From NCBI GenBank assembly GCA_013265495.1, contig MU058844.1:5641260-5705259 (forward strand): 64,000 bases of DNA, given 5' to 3'. The position numbers were made by a program, and so were the translations under genes. The notes below the pieces were generated by a model. It had not been told where the DNA came from, ran no database searches, and saw nothing but the letters and a program-made list of their open reading frames with translations. Below are positions 62,631-64,000 of this stretch, piece by piece. Positions within the stretch are counted from its first letter, which is position 1. Each line of letters opens with the position of its first letter. Source of the stretch: Vicugna vicugna (Eukaryota).

Positions 62631-64000
62631 TGCAGGCGCTTAGAGGCTCGCAAGAAATGTATTTGCCCCAGGGGAAAACAAAGGCACTGAGTTGCAAGTG
62701 AATTTTAATTATAAAACGAAAAGTTGAATGGACTTTCCTGGGGTATTAAAATATTTGCCCACCTCTGCAGCCTCCTGCTCACTAATGTGTGAACAATTCA
62801 TAGGTTATGCACTTTGAGTTATATCTCAAATTTTAATATAAATATAGCAAGAGTCCTTTGGAACACATGGATATTTGAAGGATACAAAGAGGTGTAGAAC
62901 TGGCAAAGGATATAAAAGCTAAGTGACCAAATGTATAACTTGCACCAGGTATAACTGGTGTTACTGAAAACAGAAAAAAAAAAAAGTGTAATTGAGAATG
63001 CAGTGGCCAACCAGATAAAAGGCAATGGAAAGGCTCAAAATATAGGAACAAGGGAAACTTCACTTTAAATTGAAGAGAAGGTCACTGGTGGCCTTAAAAA
63101 AAGGAATTTGAGATGCTAGACAGCAAAGAGTTCGGCAAGAAATTGATTGTCAGGAACAGAAGTCATGTTCAAGCAATTTAGAACTGAAAAGGAATAAAGA
63201 CCCCCCTGGACAGAACTGTCAAATGATGACTCCTTCATAAACGGAAAAACGTTATTGGATGGGTGTGTGAAATACTAAGTAACAGTTATCCTTTTAAGTT
63301 GGTCTTCATAACTTATAGCAAACATACTTACAAGGTTTACAATATCATCATGGTTAGAAGAAGAGGACAACAATATATCTAAAGATGTAGAAAACTGTGG
63401 GGATTATTGACTGAGCAGTTAATTTATTCTCATAAAAATGATTGTTTCAATTGAAGCTATTTATAAGCATCTTTGTAGACAGTAAAGAACTCTTGCCTTG
63501 TAAGAAAATAAAAAAATAAACCTCCTGACGTTAAGACTTGGGCCTTCCAGGGAGCCACAGAATATTCAAAAAGAAGTGATGCTATACCAGAAAATACCTG
63601 TAGCCTGCTAAATAGAAGAGTTCCACACCTAAAGAGGCTGGAGAAATCAGCTGAAGCCCAAAGAGAGAAAGATACGCAGTGGATACAGGTTAAATATCTA
63701 TATGATTAGCATGAATACTGTACTACAGATACAAATATGAATACAAAATAAATGTATATACATAGAAAATTGTGTATCTTTATGTATGCAAAAATACACA
63801 TTTAGTGTTAGAAAATTTTGTTTTCAAAGTTGGCTACAGACTGAGCTATTTATTTTGGTAGCTCTACAGTGATTATAGAATTCTTCTTAAGAAGAGATTT
63901 CTGATTTGCTTTGAAAACAGCCACTTTGATTAATTTACATGTTCTTGTGGTTTGGGGGAAGGGCAGGGCATCTTTAAATAGTCAAGTCAAGAGAGAAATG

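Overview
AT-rich mammalian genomic DNA, most likely camelid (camel/alpaca/llama). The evidence is two tRNA-derived SINEs that look like camelid Vic-1, several young artiodactyl-type L1 3' ends, and no recognisable Alu, Bov-A/BovB, PRE-1 or Can-SINE. I found no intact host protein-coding exon, RNA gene, CRISPR array or prokaryotic-type system. The only ORF-track proteins I recognise are decayed retroelement proteins (gammaretrovirus-like Pol, L1 ORF1p/ORF2p). About the first 50 kb is a mosaic of interspersed repeats. These include a gag/pro-deleted class I ERV cut by the window start, an ERVL LTR with internal sequence, a two-LTR MaLR provirus, many L1/L2/MIR remnants and two DNA transposon remnants. 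L1 and LTR elements are strongly biased to the minus strand, which suggests an intron of a plus-strand gene. About 50.7-60.2 kb is almost repeat-free and holds a promoter/first-exon-like element (about 55.16-55.44 kb) and a candidate exon (54235-54336). Repeat family names come from recalled consensus sequences, and boundaries are approximate unless a TSD or terminus is quoted. I do not see evidence for a new biological system, and the findings are modest.
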